Positions 44,674 through 54,120 of a stretch of 64,000 nucleotides of DNA are shown here, piece after piece. Each line of letters opens with the position of its first letter. Position 1 is the first letter of the stretch. The stretch is from the NCBI GenBank assembly GCA_964535105.1, contig CAZHSO010000003.1, positions 14,173 through 78,172 on the forward strand, written 5' to 3'. Both the position numbers and the translations under genes were made by a program. Source of the stretch: an uncultured Gemmatimonas sp. (GTDB lineage Bacteria > Gemmatimonadota > Gemmatimonadetes > Gemmatimonadales > GWC2-71-9). Below the pieces are notes generated by a model. The model did not search any database. It was not told the origin of the DNA and saw only the letters and a program-made list of their open reading frames with translations.

Positions 44674-46008
44674 TTACACTCCGAGCTCGGCCGCGATCAC
44701 CAGGATGTCTTCCCGCAGCACCCGACGCTCGATCTGCAGGTGCAGGAAGCTGCGGCGGCCGAGAAGCCAGAGGCCGACCGCCCGGACCGCACCCAGCGCG
44801 CGATCCGCCAGCTCGGCAAGCCGGAGCGCGGCGTAACCGCTGAGAGGAGCGAGGATGAGCGCCCCGATCCCTGCCGCCGTCCCTCCCCAGTGCCAGAAGA
44901 GCAGCGCTACCGCGATCCACGTGAAAGGGAAGATAACGAATGCGCTCGCCGCCTTGGCGGTGGCGAGGATATCGTCGTATTTCCCGACCGCGCGCTGCGA
45001 GAGGACTCCCACCAAGCGGTACGGCACGTAGTGGAGCAGAAGCCCCGGCACGCCGAGCGGAATCAGCAGAAGGAATCGCAGTAGGAAGAGCACGGTGAGC
45101 ACGATGATGCGGCGGGCGCTGAACCGTCCCACCGGGACGTCCCAGGGATCGATGCCGGCGCCTCGCAGTTTGTCCTCGTAGCGCAGGACCCTCCTGCGAA
45201 TCCCCTCCAGACGCTCGGGATCGCGCGCTTTGAGGGCGTTGTATCCGGCAAGCACCCTGCGGCGGAAGGAGAACTCCTCCGCCAGCTCGGGCCGGGGGTC
45301 GTCGTCGCGCTCCCTGCGCGCGCTCGCCAGGATGCGCTCCGTGCGCGCCACGAAATCGTGCGCCTCGAAGGCATCGGCCTGAAGGGTGACATCACCCAGC
45401 GCCTGCCCGATCCGGTCGGTGAGCGCCTTGACGAGGTCGGGATGCGGTTCGGATGCGGCGTCGAGGGGCGCGGGGTCCACCGGGAAGGGCTCGCCGAAAT
45501 AGACGAGAGCGGCGCTGCGAAATGTGCGCTTGTCGGTGTAGAAGAGTCCAACCGGCTGAATCTGCAGAGGGATCGGCGACGTGACGCCGAGCGCGATGCG
45601 AGCGGCTCCGGTCTTCATCGGCTTGAGGCGGGGGTCGCTGTGGCTGGTTCCCTCCGGGAAGAGTGCCACCGCTCCTCCCGCGCGGAGGTGCGCGCGCACT
45701 CTGGAGAACATCTCCCGGTTCCTGGTCAGATCGGCGCCGGGGTCCTGGCGCCGCTCCACCGGAATCGACCCCGCGCCGCGCACCAGCGCTCCTACAATGG
45801 GAATCCGGAAGAGCGGGGCTTTGGCGAGGAAGGAGACGGCGCGGGGGGCAAGACAGAGGACGAAGACGGGATCCACCAGCGAGTTCGGATGATTGAGCAC
45901 GAACATCACCGGTCCCGCCGGCGGCACCCGTTCGAGCCCCTCCGTCTCAACCCGCCGGAAGAAGATCCGGAGCGTGAATCGCAGCAGCCCGACGAGCAGC
46001 GCGCGCAT
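44674..46008 (-). CDS. Lysophospholipid / glycerol-3-phosphate acyltransferase family protein (PlsC-like) with C-terminal TM region
   Basis: HX4D acyltransferase motif (NHPNSLVD) and FPEGT block. Its stop abuts the convergent LytR_C stop with 0 nt between them. Confidence 0.75.
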   Translation of the reverse strand: MRALLVGLLRFTLRIFFRRVETEGLERVPPAGPVMFVLNHPNSLVDPVFVLCLAPRAVSFLAKAPLFRIPIVGALVRGAGSIPVERRQDPGADLTRNREMFSRVRAHLRAGGAVALFPEGTSHSDPRLKPMKTGAARIALGVTSPIPLQIQPVGLFYTDKRTFRSAALVYFGEPFPVDPAPLDAASEPHPDLVKALTDRIGQALGDVTLQADAFEAHDFVARTERILASARRERDDDPRPELAEEFSFRRRVLAGYNALKARDPERLEGIRRRVLRYEDKLRGAGIDPWDVPVGRFSARRIIVLTVLFLLRFLLLIPLGVPGLLLHYVPYRLVGVLSQRAVGKYDDILATAKAASAFVIFPFTWIAVALLFWHWGGTAAGIGALILAPLSGYAALRLAELADRALGAVRAVGLWLLGRRSFLHLQIERRVLREDILVIAAELGV

Positions 46009-47108
46009 CAGCGGGTCGCGAGCCTCTGTTTCTTCTCCATCGCCACGAAGAGCTGCCCGCAGGCGGCGTCGATGTCGAGCCCACGGCTCTTCCGCACCAC
46101 CGCCTCGACTCCCTGGTTGCGGAGCCGGTCGGCGAATGCCCGGATCCGGTTGCCCGACGCCGGGGTGAGCCCGGGACTGCCGCCGGGATGCAGAGGGAGG
46201 AGATTCACGTGGGCTCCGAGTGCGTGCGCCAGCTTGGCCAGCTTGTCGGCGTCGGTATCGGAATCGTTCTTTCCCGCGATGAGCACGTACTCGAAGGTGA
46301 CCCGCTTCCGGAAGGCTCGAGCCGCCTGCAGCACGTCATCCATCGGGTACTTTTTCTGGATCGGCATGAGACGAAGTCGCTGCCCCTGTGCCGGGGCGTG
46401 CAGCGAGATGGCGAGGCGGAACTGCTCCGGGCGCTCCGCCAGCGCCAGCATGCCGGGAATGATGCCCACGGTGGACACGGTGATGTGTCGCGCCCCGATG
46501 CCCAGCCCCGCCGGATCGTTCAAAATGGTGAGGGCGGTGCTCACGGCCGGCCAGTTGAGCAGCGGCTCCCCCATGCCCATGAACACGATGTTGGTCGGCT
46601 TCTCTGCGGGATTTCCGAGCACGATCTGACGGACCTGCCCGGCGATCTCCCAGGCCGCAAGGTTGCGGCGAAACCCCATCAATCCGGTGGCGCAGAAGAC
46701 ACATGCGAGGGCGCACCCCGCTTGCGACGATATGCACAGGGTGAGGCGGTTCCCGCTGGGAATCAGCACCGATTCGATCGCTTCGCCGTCGGCCAGCCGC
46801 CAGAGGTACTTCCGGGTTCCGTCGGTGGACTGCTGGACAGTCTCCGCCGTGAGCCCGGGGAGCGGAAATGCGGCGTCGAGCTCGGCTCGAAGCGCCGCCG
46901 GCAGCTCGGTGGCATCCTGCCACGCCGCCAGCGGTGCGACCCAGAGGCGGCGGTGGATCTGGGCCACTCGGTAGGCAGGGAGCCCCCGTTCCCGTGCCCA
47001 GGCCGTCAACGTCGCTTTCGCCTCCTGAGGGGTCAGGTCCAGGGGGGATTTCGCGGGGGTGGCGGTGCGCGGCATGGGAGGAATGTAGTCGTCCGTTGCT
47101 TGATCCAC
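46008..47108 (-). CDS. rlmN: 23S rRNA/tRNA (adenine-C2)-methyltransferase, radical SAM
   Basis: Radical-SAM cluster motif CALACVFCATG. Length and order match RlmN. The start is uncertain (GTG at 47108 or ATG at 47075). Confidence 0.88.
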   Translation of the reverse strand: MDQATDDYIPPMPRTATPAKSPLDLTPQEAKATLTAWARERGLPAYRVAQIHRRLWVAPLAAWQDATELPAALRAELDAAFPLPGLTAETVQQSTDGTRKYLWRLADGEAIESVLIPSGNRLTLCISSQAGCALACVFCATGLMGFRRNLAAWEIAGQVRQIVLGNPAEKPTNIVFMGMGEPLLNWPAVSTALTILNDPAGLGIGARHITVSTVGIIPGMLALAERPEQFRLAISLHAPAQGQRLRLMPIQKKYPMDDVLQAARAFRKRVTFEYVLIAGKNDSDTDADKLAKLAHALGAHVNLLPLHPGGSPGLTPASGNRIRAFADRLRNQGVEAVVRKSRGLDIDAACGQLFVAMEKKQRLATR

Positions 47109-47134
47109 CTCTTTGCGCCGGTTACGTTTGCCCG

Positions 47135-48898
47135 ATGTTCCCCACCTCGCTCCGAACCCACTCCGGCGGTCTCCTGAGGCGTGACAACGCGGGCCACCAG
47201 GTTCGCCTCGGCGGCTGGGTGCATCGCCGGCGCGACCTCGGGGGACTCGTCTTCATCGATTTGCGTGACCGGAACGGGCTGGTCCAGCTTTCGTTCGATC
47301 CCGCGTACACGCCGAAGGATGTGATCGAGCGCGCCGCGGGCTGCGGAGTCGAAACCGTCGTGCTCGCGACCGGTACCGTGGCGCTGCGCCCGAATGCCGC
47401 GCGGGACGCCGGCATGGGCTCACGCGAGGTGGAGGTCCAGGTCACCGCGCTCGACGTCGTGGGTCCTGCCGTGACGCCGGCGATTCCGGTCGGGCGGAAG
47501 GAGAACGAAGAGCTTCCCGCGGAGGAGTTGCGCCTCAAGCACCGGGTGCTCGACCTTCGCCGTCCCGAGCTCCAGGCCAATCTCATGCTGCGGCACCGTC
47601 TGTTGCAGCGGGCGCGGCGCACGCTCTCGGAGCAGGGGTTTCTCGAGGTCGAGACGCCCATCCTCACTAAGCCGACTCCCGAAGGAGCGCGCGACTACCT
47701 GGTGCCCTCGCGCGTTCATCCCGGCGAGTTCTACGCGCTGCCCCAGTCGCCCCAGATCTACAAGCAGCTCCTGATGGTGGCGGGGTTCGACCGCTATTTC
47801 CAGATTGCCCGGTGCTTCCGGGACGAAGACCTCCGGGCCGATCGCCAGCCGGAGTTCACCCAAATCGATCTCGAGGCCTCGTTCGTCTCGGAGGACGACG
47901 TGCTCTCCGTCGTCGAATCAGTGCTGGTCGCGCTCTGGGAGGAGGCCGCCCACGCGATTCCGCGGCCCTTTCCCCGGCTCGCCTGGCGCGAAGCGATGGA
48001 GCGGTTCGGAATCGACAAACCGGATCTCCGCTACGGGTTCGAGATTCGCGACCTGTCGCCCACCGTCGGTGCCGCGGCGGCGCCCTTCCTCCGCGAGGCC
48101 GTCACGGCCGGCGGACGGGTGCGGGGGATCGTGGCTCCCGGGGCGCAGGCGATCTCCCGAAAAGATCTCGATGGGTTCGGCGCGCTGGCAAAAGACGCCG
48201 GGGCGGGAGGCCTGATCTGGGCGCGGAAGGGCGGGCCATGGGAAGGGCAGGGGGTCAAGGCGATCGGCGACGAGACGCTGGCCGCGCTGGGGGGTTCGGA
48301 GGGGGACCTGTTCCTTGCGGTCGCTGGACCCGATGCGGTGACCTCGCCGGCACTCCATACGGTACGCACCGCGCTCATCCGGCGGCTGGCGCCCGCGCCG
48401 GTGACGGAGCATGCCTTTCTCTGGGTCGTGGATTTCCCTCTCTTCGAGCAGGATCCCGAGACCGGGGCGCACGTATTCGTGCACCATCCGTTCACCGCAC
48501 CGCACCCGGAGGATATCCGCTATCTCGAGACCGATCCGGGCCGTTGCCGCGCGGTGCACTACGATGCCGTGTACAATGGCAACGAGCTGGGGAGCGGGTC
48601 GATCCGGATCACGAACCCCGACGTCCAGCGCACCATCTTCGGACTGCTGGGAATCTCCCCGGAGGAAATCCGTCGCCGCTTTGGATTCCTGCTCGACGGC
48701 CTCGCGGCCGGCGCTCCTCCGCACGGCGGCTTCGCCATCGGCTTCGACCGGGTGGCCATGCTGCTCTCGGGGGCGACGTCGTTGCGGGACGTGATCGCGT
48801 TTCCGAAGACGACCGCGGCGCGGGCGCTCTACGAAGGCGCGCCGACTGCCGTCTCCGCCGGCGAGCTTGCCGCCCTGCATCTCACGGTGACCACATGA
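47135..48898 (+). CDS. aspS: Aspartate--tRNA ligase
   Basis: N-terminus VRLGGWVHRRRDLGGLVFIDLRD (OB fold). Class II motifs FRDEDLRADRQPEFTQID and GGFAIGFDR. The start was moved to the ATG at 47135; the track ORF extension overlaps rlmN. Confidence 0.93.
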   Translation: MFPTSLRTHSGGLLRRDNAGHQVRLGGWVHRRRDLGGLVFIDLRDRNGLVQLSFDPAYTPKDVIERAAGCGVETVVLATGTVALRPNAARDAGMGSREVEVQVTALDVVGPAVTPAIPVGRKENEELPAEELRLKHRVLDLRRPELQANLMLRHRLLQRARRTLSEQGFLEVETPILTKPTPEGARDYLVPSRVHPGEFYALPQSPQIYKQLLMVAGFDRYFQIARCFRDEDLRADRQPEFTQIDLEASFVSEDDVLSVVESVLVALWEEAAHAIPRPFPRLAWREAMERFGIDKPDLRYGFEIRDLSPTVGAAAAPFLREAVTAGGRVRGIVAPGAQAISRKDLDGFGALAKDAGAGGLIWARKGGPWEGQGVKAIGDETLAALGGSEGDLFLAVAGPDAVTSPALHTVRTALIRRLAPAPVTEHAFLWVVDFPLFEQDPETGAHVFVHHPFTAPHPEDIRYLETDPGRCRAVHYDAVYNGNELGSGSIRITNPDVQRTIFGLLGISPEEIRRRFGFLLDGLAAGAPPHGGFAIGFDRVAMLLSGATSLRDVIAFPKTTAARALYEGAPTAVSAGELAALHLTVTT

Positions 48899-49863
48899 AG
48901 GCCGTCCCCGGGCAGGACGAGATTACCCAGCGGATCAACATCGAGGGCGCCGATCCGCTGCTCCTGGGCGGCGTCAACGACGTGAACCTCCTCGAGCTCG
49001 AGCGCGCCACGTCCGCGCGGGTATCCCTCCGCGGAGACTCCCTCACCATCACCGGAACACCGGACCAGGTGGAGCGCGCCGCCGGCGTCGCGCAGGGGCT
49101 GGTCGACATTGCGCGGATCGGCGAAGCGGTGTCGGTCGAGGATGTCTACCGGTTTGCGCAGGATGGCGTGCCCGCGGACAGTCCGCTTGCCGGCGGTGAG
49201 GGGAAAATCGTTCTCCCCGGCCTGCGCCGCGCCATCGGCCCGAAAACCCAGGGGCAGCGCGACTACGTCCAGGCGATCGCGACGACCGACATCGTCGTGG
49301 GCATCGGACCAGCCGGCACGGGGAAAACCTACCTCGCGGTGGCCAAGGCGGTGGAGGCCATGGCCCGGAAGCGGGTCAAGCGAATCATCCTCGCGCGGCC
49401 CGCGGTCGAAGCCGGCGAATCGCTGGGATTTCTTCCGGGGGATCTGCAGGCGAAGGTGGATCCTTACCTCCGGCCGCTCTACGATGCGCTCGAAGACATG
49501 ATGCCGCAGGACCGGGTGCAGAAGGCGCTGGAGCAGCGCACCATCGAGATCGCGCCGCTCGCCTACATGCGCGGGCGGACGCTCAACGATGCCTTCATCA
49601 TTCTGGACGAGGCCCAAAACGCCACCCTTGCCCAGATGAAAATGTTCCTCACCCGGCTCGGCGTAAACAGCAAAGTCGTGGTGACGGGCGACAAGACGCA
49701 GGTGGACCTGCCGAAACGCGAAGACTCCGGACTCATCCAGATCGAGCGCATCCTTCCCGGGATCGATGGCATCGCGTTCTGCTACCTCGGCGACAGCGAC
49801 GTGGTCCGGCACCGGCTGGTGCGTGAGATCATCCGGGCGTATGCTGAGGACCAGAACGGCTGA
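48895..49863 (+). CDS. phoH: PhoH-family ATPase (YbeZ)
   Basis: Walker A GPAGTGKT and Walker B ILDEAQN. ATGA overlap with aspS. Confidence 0.9.
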   Translation: MKAVPGQDEITQRINIEGADPLLLGGVNDVNLLELERATSARVSLRGDSLTITGTPDQVERAAGVAQGLVDIARIGEAVSVEDVYRFAQDGVPADSPLAGGEGKIVLPGLRRAIGPKTQGQRDYVQAIATTDIVVGIGPAGTGKTYLAVAKAVEAMARKRVKRIILARPAVEAGESLGFLPGDLQAKVDPYLRPLYDALEDMMPQDRVQKALEQRTIEIAPLAYMRGRTLNDAFIILDEAQNATLAQMKMFLTRLGVNSKVVVTGDKTQVDLPKREDSGLIQIERILPGIDGIAFCYLGDSDVVRHRLVREIIRAYAEDQNG

Positions 49864-50314
49864 TCGCGGGCGCAAGGACGCGAAGACGCAAGGACAACAG
49901 CATGTCGTTGCGATCTCCGGTCGATCGGAGCCGCTCCGGCGCCCCGACGTCATTCGTGCGGTCGAGTCGGTGCTTCGCGGCGAGCGGCGCGAAGCGGCGA
50001 TCTCGGTGTCTTTCGTCGGGCGCGACCGGATGCGCGCGCTGAACGCCCGCTGGAAGCGGCGGCGGGAGCCGACCGACGTGCTCGCCTTCGCGCTGACCGA
50101 TCCGCGCGGCGCGCTCGCGGGTGACATCTACATCTGTCTCTGGGTCGCCTCCCGCGAGGCCCGGGCGCGCGGGATCCCATTTCGTCAGGAGCTGCTTCGT
50201 CTCGTGGTGCACGGCGTCCTGCACGTTCTCGGCTACGACCACCCCGCGGGGGCGGAGCGCACCGCGTCCGCGATGTGGCGCCGCCAGGAGCGGTACGTGC
50301 GGGGCGCGCGATGA
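49841..50314 (+). CDS. ybeY: rRNA maturation endoribonuclease YbeY
   Basis: Zn motif HGVLHVLGYDH and TDVLAF block. The only canonical in-frame start upstream of the first conserved strand is the ATG at 49841. That start overlaps phoH by 23 nt and reads through repeat array 49870-49897, so the start assignment is uncertain. Confidence 0.8.
   Translation: MLRTRTADRGRKDAKTQGQQHVVAISGRSEPLRRPDVIRAVESVLRGERREAAISVSFVGRDRMRALNARWKRRREPTDVLAFALTDPRGALAGDIYICLWVASREARARGIPFRQELLRLVVHGVLHVLGYDHPAGAERTASAMWRRQERYVRGAR
49870..49897 (+). repeat. Single-arm tandem 8-mer array (ACGCRAGG-type x3-4)
   Basis: gcgcaagg acgcgaag acgcaagg acaacagc, beginning 7 nt after the phoH stop. The unit is the same as in the first arm of hairpin 54045-54107. 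There is no complementary arm. Confidence 0.8.
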
Positions 50315-51516
50315 TTCCCTCCATCCTGTCGGCGCTTCAGCTTTGGGTCGCGCTCCTCGCCGGCCTGTTCACCCTGTGGGCCGCCGCCGTTTCCCTCGCC
50401 GAGCAGGATGACGCAGGAGTCCCCCGTCTCCTTACGCCATCGTCGGGCTCCTGGACGGGCCCGCTCCCCCCGGCGCGCAGCCTCCACGTCCTCCACCTCG
50501 CGTTGCTGGCCATCGCGGCGGCACTCGCCGGAACCGCGCTAGCCTGGTGGGCCTGGGCGCCCTCGGAAGCGCTCTTCCGGTACCTGCTTGCCGTCCTCCT
50601 TGTCTGGATCCTCGGGGAGGTTGCTCCCCGTCTCTGGGCGGCCAATGAGCCGGGATCGGTCAGCTTCGACGGACCATTCGTGCAGCACACGCTGACCCTC
50701 TTTCGGCCCCTCCTGAGCGCGGTGGCCTGGGTCGATCGCGGGTTTCGTCCCCGCCGCACCTCCCCTCGCGACAGCCAGATCGCGGAGCGCCAGATGCTGA
50801 CCGGCGTGCTCGCGCTCGCGGAAATGTCGGTGTCCGACGTGATGACGCCGCGGCTCGATGTCATGTCGGTCGATTTCTCCGCCTCGCGCGACAAGGTCAT
50901 CGAGACGTTTCGCCAGGCGGAGCACTCGCGCCTGCTGGTGGTGGATGGCGATCCCGATTCTGTGACGGGTGTGATCTATGCGAAGGATCTCCTCCCGGGT
51001 CTTGGCCCCGCCACCGGCCCGGCGGACTGGCATCCGCTGATCCGACCGGCGGAGGGAGTTCCCGAGGCAAAGACGCTCGACCGCCAGCTCCGGGATTTCC
51101 AGCGCAGCGGCAGCCATCTGGTGGTCGTGGTCGACGAGTTCGGCGGAACCTCGGGGATCGTGACGCTCGAAGATGTGCTGGAACAGATCGTCGGCGAAAT
51201 CCATGACGAGTACGATACCGATGAAGTGGCGCCGGTGCAGCGTCTCCCCGAAGGGGGCTGGGCAGTGCAGGGTGGGGTGTCGCTCGCCGATCTCGAGAGC
51301 GAGCTGGGCCACAGCTTCGCGCGCGAGGACGTGAGCACCGTCGGTGGTCTCGTGCTCGCGGCGCTGGGGCGGGTGCCTCGCGCCGGCGAGACGCTCACGC
51401 TCGACGGCTACCGCCTCACGGTGGATCAGGTCGCGCGCCGGCGCATCCGCCGGGTGACGTTGACGCCCGAGGTTCCGGCGGCGCCAGTCTCGGCTGCCAA
51501 GGAGCCGAGAACATGA
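50311..51516 (+). CDS. CNNM/CorC-family protein (DUF21 TM domain + CBS pair + CorC_HlyC)
   Basis: N-terminal TM region, CBS-pair region (VMTPRLDV...) and C-terminal transporter-associated domain. ATGA overlap with ybeY, in the canonical phoH-ybeY-corC order. Confidence 0.85.
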   Translation: MIPSILSALQLWVALLAGLFTLWAAAVSLAEQDDAGVPRLLTPSSGSWTGPLPPARSLHVLHLALLAIAAALAGTALAWWAWAPSEALFRYLLAVLLVWILGEVAPRLWAANEPGSVSFDGPFVQHTLTLFRPLLSAVAWVDRGFRPRRTSPRDSQIAERQMLTGVLALAEMSVSDVMTPRLDVMSVDFSASRDKVIETFRQAEHSRLLVVDGDPDSVTGVIYAKDLLPGLGPATGPADWHPLIRPAEGVPEAKTLDRQLRDFQRSGSHLVVVVDEFGGTSGIVTLEDVLEQIVGEIHDEYDTDEVAPVQRLPEGGWAVQGGVSLADLESELGHSFAREDVSTVGGLVLAALGRVPRAGETLTLDGYRLTVDQVARRRIRRVTLTPEVPAAPVSAAKEPRT

Positions 51517-52703
51517 TCTGGACCGTCGTCCTCCTCGGCCTGCTGCTGACGGTATTCGGCGCGACCACCGCCGCGGCCCTCATTACTTCGAGCCGAAGCC
51601 GGCTCGCCGAGGTCGTGGCGCGACGGCTTCGAGGGGGCAAGGATTCACTGGCCTGGCTCGCACCACTCGAGCGAGACCTCGCCGCGGCGTCGGTCACGAC
51701 GACGCTCGGGATTGCGATGCTCGGCGCGGTCTTCCCCGGTATTTTCGCCGGCGCGACGCTCCCGCGGCTCCTCCTTCTCCTGATCCTCCTGGCAATTCCC
51801 GCCGTGCTGTTGAGCGGCTACGTGCTCCCGCGCTTTCTCACCTACCGCCGCGCCGCGAGGGTCGCCGAGCATTGCCGCCCGATCCTGCGTCCCTGGGCCG
51901 CCGTGCTCGCTGGTATTCTCCCCGCGTCGAGGGTCCGCCCCGAGACGCTCATCACCGAGCTCTGGCGGGAGCGGGCGCGAAGCGGCGTTGCGCCGGACGA
52001 CGAGCTGCTCCGGGTCGGCGGGGTCATCAGCTTCTCCCAGCGCACAGTGCGCAGCGTCATGACACCGCGGACCGATCTCATCGCGCTTCCCGAGGAAGCA
52101 TCGGTCGAAGAGGTGCGTGCGGCGTTCGTCCAGAGCGGGTACACCCGCCTCCCGGTGTATCGCGGCACCATCGATGAAATGGTGGGCATGGTCCACGCCT
52201 TCGATCTCTTCCGTCTGGCCGCCGGCGATCCCCTCCCGGTCCGGCCGCTGGCGGTGGCGCCCGCGAGTCGGAGCTGCGGGGACGTGCTGCTCGACATGCA
52301 GCGGGAGCGGCGGCATCTCGCGATCGTCCTCGATGAGTTCGGCGGAACCCTCGGGATCGTGACGCTGGAAGATCTGCTCGAAGCGATGGTGGGAGAAATC
52401 GTGGACGAGGACGAGCCCGTCCGTGGCCCCACCGCAACCAATCCCGATCTCGTCGAGCTGGAGGGCGCCGTCCCGGTATCCGAGCTGGAGGAGCGTTTCG
52501 GGGTGAGCATGCCCGAGGGACAGGCGACGACCGTGGGCGGCCGTCTCGCCGAGCTGGCCGGGCGCTTTCCCGCGGCGGGGGAACGTTTCCTGATCCGCGG
52601 GCTCGAGTTCGATGTGCTCCAGGCTACCCGCACCCGGATCGAGCGCCTCCTCGTGCGGCGCGGCTCGCCCGCCTCCGTCCCGCTGGACCGGAGCGAGGCA
52701 TGA
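51513..52703 (+). CDS. Second CNNM/CorC-family protein (tandem paralogue)
   Basis: Same architecture as the preceding gene (TM region, VMTPRTDL CBS pair, CorC_HlyC). 4-nt overlaps on both sides. Confidence 0.85.
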   Translation: MIWTVVLLGLLLTVFGATTAAALITSSRSRLAEVVARRLRGGKDSLAWLAPLERDLAAASVTTTLGIAMLGAVFPGIFAGATLPRLLLLLILLAIPAVLLSGYVLPRFLTYRRAARVAEHCRPILRPWAAVLAGILPASRVRPETLITELWRERARSGVAPDDELLRVGGVISFSQRTVRSVMTPRTDLIALPEEASVEEVRAAFVQSGYTRLPVYRGTIDEMVGMVHAFDLFRLAAGDPLPVRPLAVAPASRSCGDVLLDMQRERRHLAIVLDEFGGTLGIVTLEDLLEAMVGEIVDEDEPVRGPTATNPDLVELEGAVPVSELEERFGVSMPEGQATTVGGRLAELAGRFPAAGERFLIRGLEFDVLQATRTRIERLLVRRGSPASVPLDRSEA

Positions 52704-54043
52704 TCAAGAAGCCGCTGGCGCCGGCCAGGATGCTCGGGCTGCTGCGCGAGGGAAACGTGAGCGAGTTCTTCGCGCGGGCCCGGATGCTCGAGCCGGCGGA
52801 TCTCGCCGATGTGCTGGCCCTGGCGGATGAGGACGAGCGGGTCGAGATCGCCAAGCTGTTGCCGCCCGATCTCACCGGCGAGGCGCTGGTCGCGATGCCG
52901 GACGTGGAGCACGCGGAGGATACCCTCGCGGCGCTGACCACTGAACAGGCGGCCGAGATCGTCGGGGAGATGCCCGACGACGATGCGGCCGACATCCTCG
53001 GCGAGCTGGAGCCGGAGCAGCAGCAGCGGATCCTCTCGGCGGTAGAGCCGGAGGAGCGCCGCACCGTCGAGCGACTGCTCGAGTACGACGAAGAATCTGC
53101 CGGCGGCCTGATGACCGGGGCGATGGTCACCGTGAATGAAGACGAAACGGTGCGCGACGCCCTCGAGAACATCCGGAAGCAGGCCGAAGACGTCGAAGAG
53201 TTTGCCGAAGTGTACGTGCTCGACCGAAATCGCAGGCTTCTCGGCATTCTGGGCTTCAAGCAGCTGGTCCTCGGGGCGCCCGACCGCCCGGTCCGTGAGT
53301 TGATGCAGGAGCCTGACGTGACGGTCGGGCCTGAAATGGATCAGGAAGAGGTCGCACGCCTGATGGCACGCTACAACGTGCCCAGCATTCCCGTCGTGGA
53401 CCGGGACGGTCGCTTGCTCGGCCGGATTACCTTCGACGACGTGTCCGACGTGGTCGAGATGGAAGCGACGGAAGACCTCCTGCGGTTCGGCGGTGTCTCC
53501 GCCACCGAGGACCTCGGCGCCCGCTGGTTCGAGGCGGTGAAGACCCGGCTCCCCTGGCTGCTCGTCAACCTCGTCACCGCCTTCGCCGCTGGAGGGGTCG
53601 TCGCCTATTTTCAGTCGAACCTCAGCCGTTTCATCGCGCTCACGGTGTGGATGCCGGTCATCGCTGGCATGGGCGGCAACACCGGTACCCAGGCCCTTGC
53701 GGTCACCGTACGGCGCCTGGCCCTGGGGCTGATCTCGCGCGACGATTTTCGCCGAGTTATCACGAAGGAAGTTCTCGTTGGCGTGACGAACGGGCTCGCC
53801 ATCGGCGCGGTGGCGACCGTCGTCGCCCTCCTCACCGGCATGTCGGCGATGTTCGGGCTGCTCGTGTTTCTCGCCATGACCGGGAACCTCTTCGTCGCGG
53901 GTCTTGCCGGCGCCGCGATCCCGCTCCTCCTCAAGCGGTTCAACATCGATCCCGCCATCGCGTCGTCCATTTTCGTGACCGCCTTCACCGATGTCTGCGG
54001 GTTTGCGCTGCTCCTTGGGCTGGGGGGGCTTCTTCTGTTATAA
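52700..54043 (+). CDS. mgtE: Magnesium transporter MgtE
   Basis: MgtE N-domain, CBS pair and a C-terminal 5-TM domain with GMGGNTGTQ. Confidence 0.93.
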   Translation: MIKKPLAPARMLGLLREGNVSEFFARARMLEPADLADVLALADEDERVEIAKLLPPDLTGEALVAMPDVEHAEDTLAALTTEQAAEIVGEMPDDDAADILGELEPEQQQRILSAVEPEERRTVERLLEYDEESAGGLMTGAMVTVNEDETVRDALENIRKQAEDVEEFAEVYVLDRNRRLLGILGFKQLVLGAPDRPVRELMQEPDVTVGPEMDQEEVARLMARYNVPSIPVVDRDGRLLGRITFDDVSDVVEMEATEDLLRFGGVSATEDLGARWFEAVKTRLPWLLVNLVTAFAAGGVVAYFQSNLSRFIALTVWMPVIAGMGGNTGTQALAVTVRRLALGLISRDDFRRVITKEVLVGVTNGLAIGAVATVVALLTGMSAMFGLLVFLAMTGNLFVAGLAGAAIPLLLKRFNIDPAIASSIFVTAFTDVCGFALLLGLGGLLLL

Positions 54044-54044
54044 G

Positions 54045-54107
54045 ACACAAGGACGCAAGGACGCAAAGTGAACCACCTTGCGTCTTTGCGTCTTTGCGTC
54101 TTTGCGC
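54045..54107 (+). repeat. Stacked tandem-octamer hairpin (ACRCAARG x3 / CTTTGCGT x4)
   Basis: acacaagg acgcaagg acgcaaag - tgaaccac - cttgcgt ctttgcgt ctttgcgt ctttgcgc. It starts 1 nt after the mgtE stop and ends 13 nt before the meaB ATG. The unequal unit number allows alternative pairing registers. Confidence 0.9.
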
Positions 54108-54120
54108 CTTACCTTTCAGC

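Noticed and set aside
54044-54120. Looked for a cobalamin riboswitch upstream of the meaB/mutase operon, an M-box upstream of mgtE or corA, and purine or ZTP riboswitches near the pur genes and guaA.
   Set aside because: The relevant leaders are either absent because the genes overlap, or are fully occupied by a repeat hairpin. I could not see any of the conserved riboswitch cores that I know by eye. A covariance-model scan would be needed to exclude them formally.
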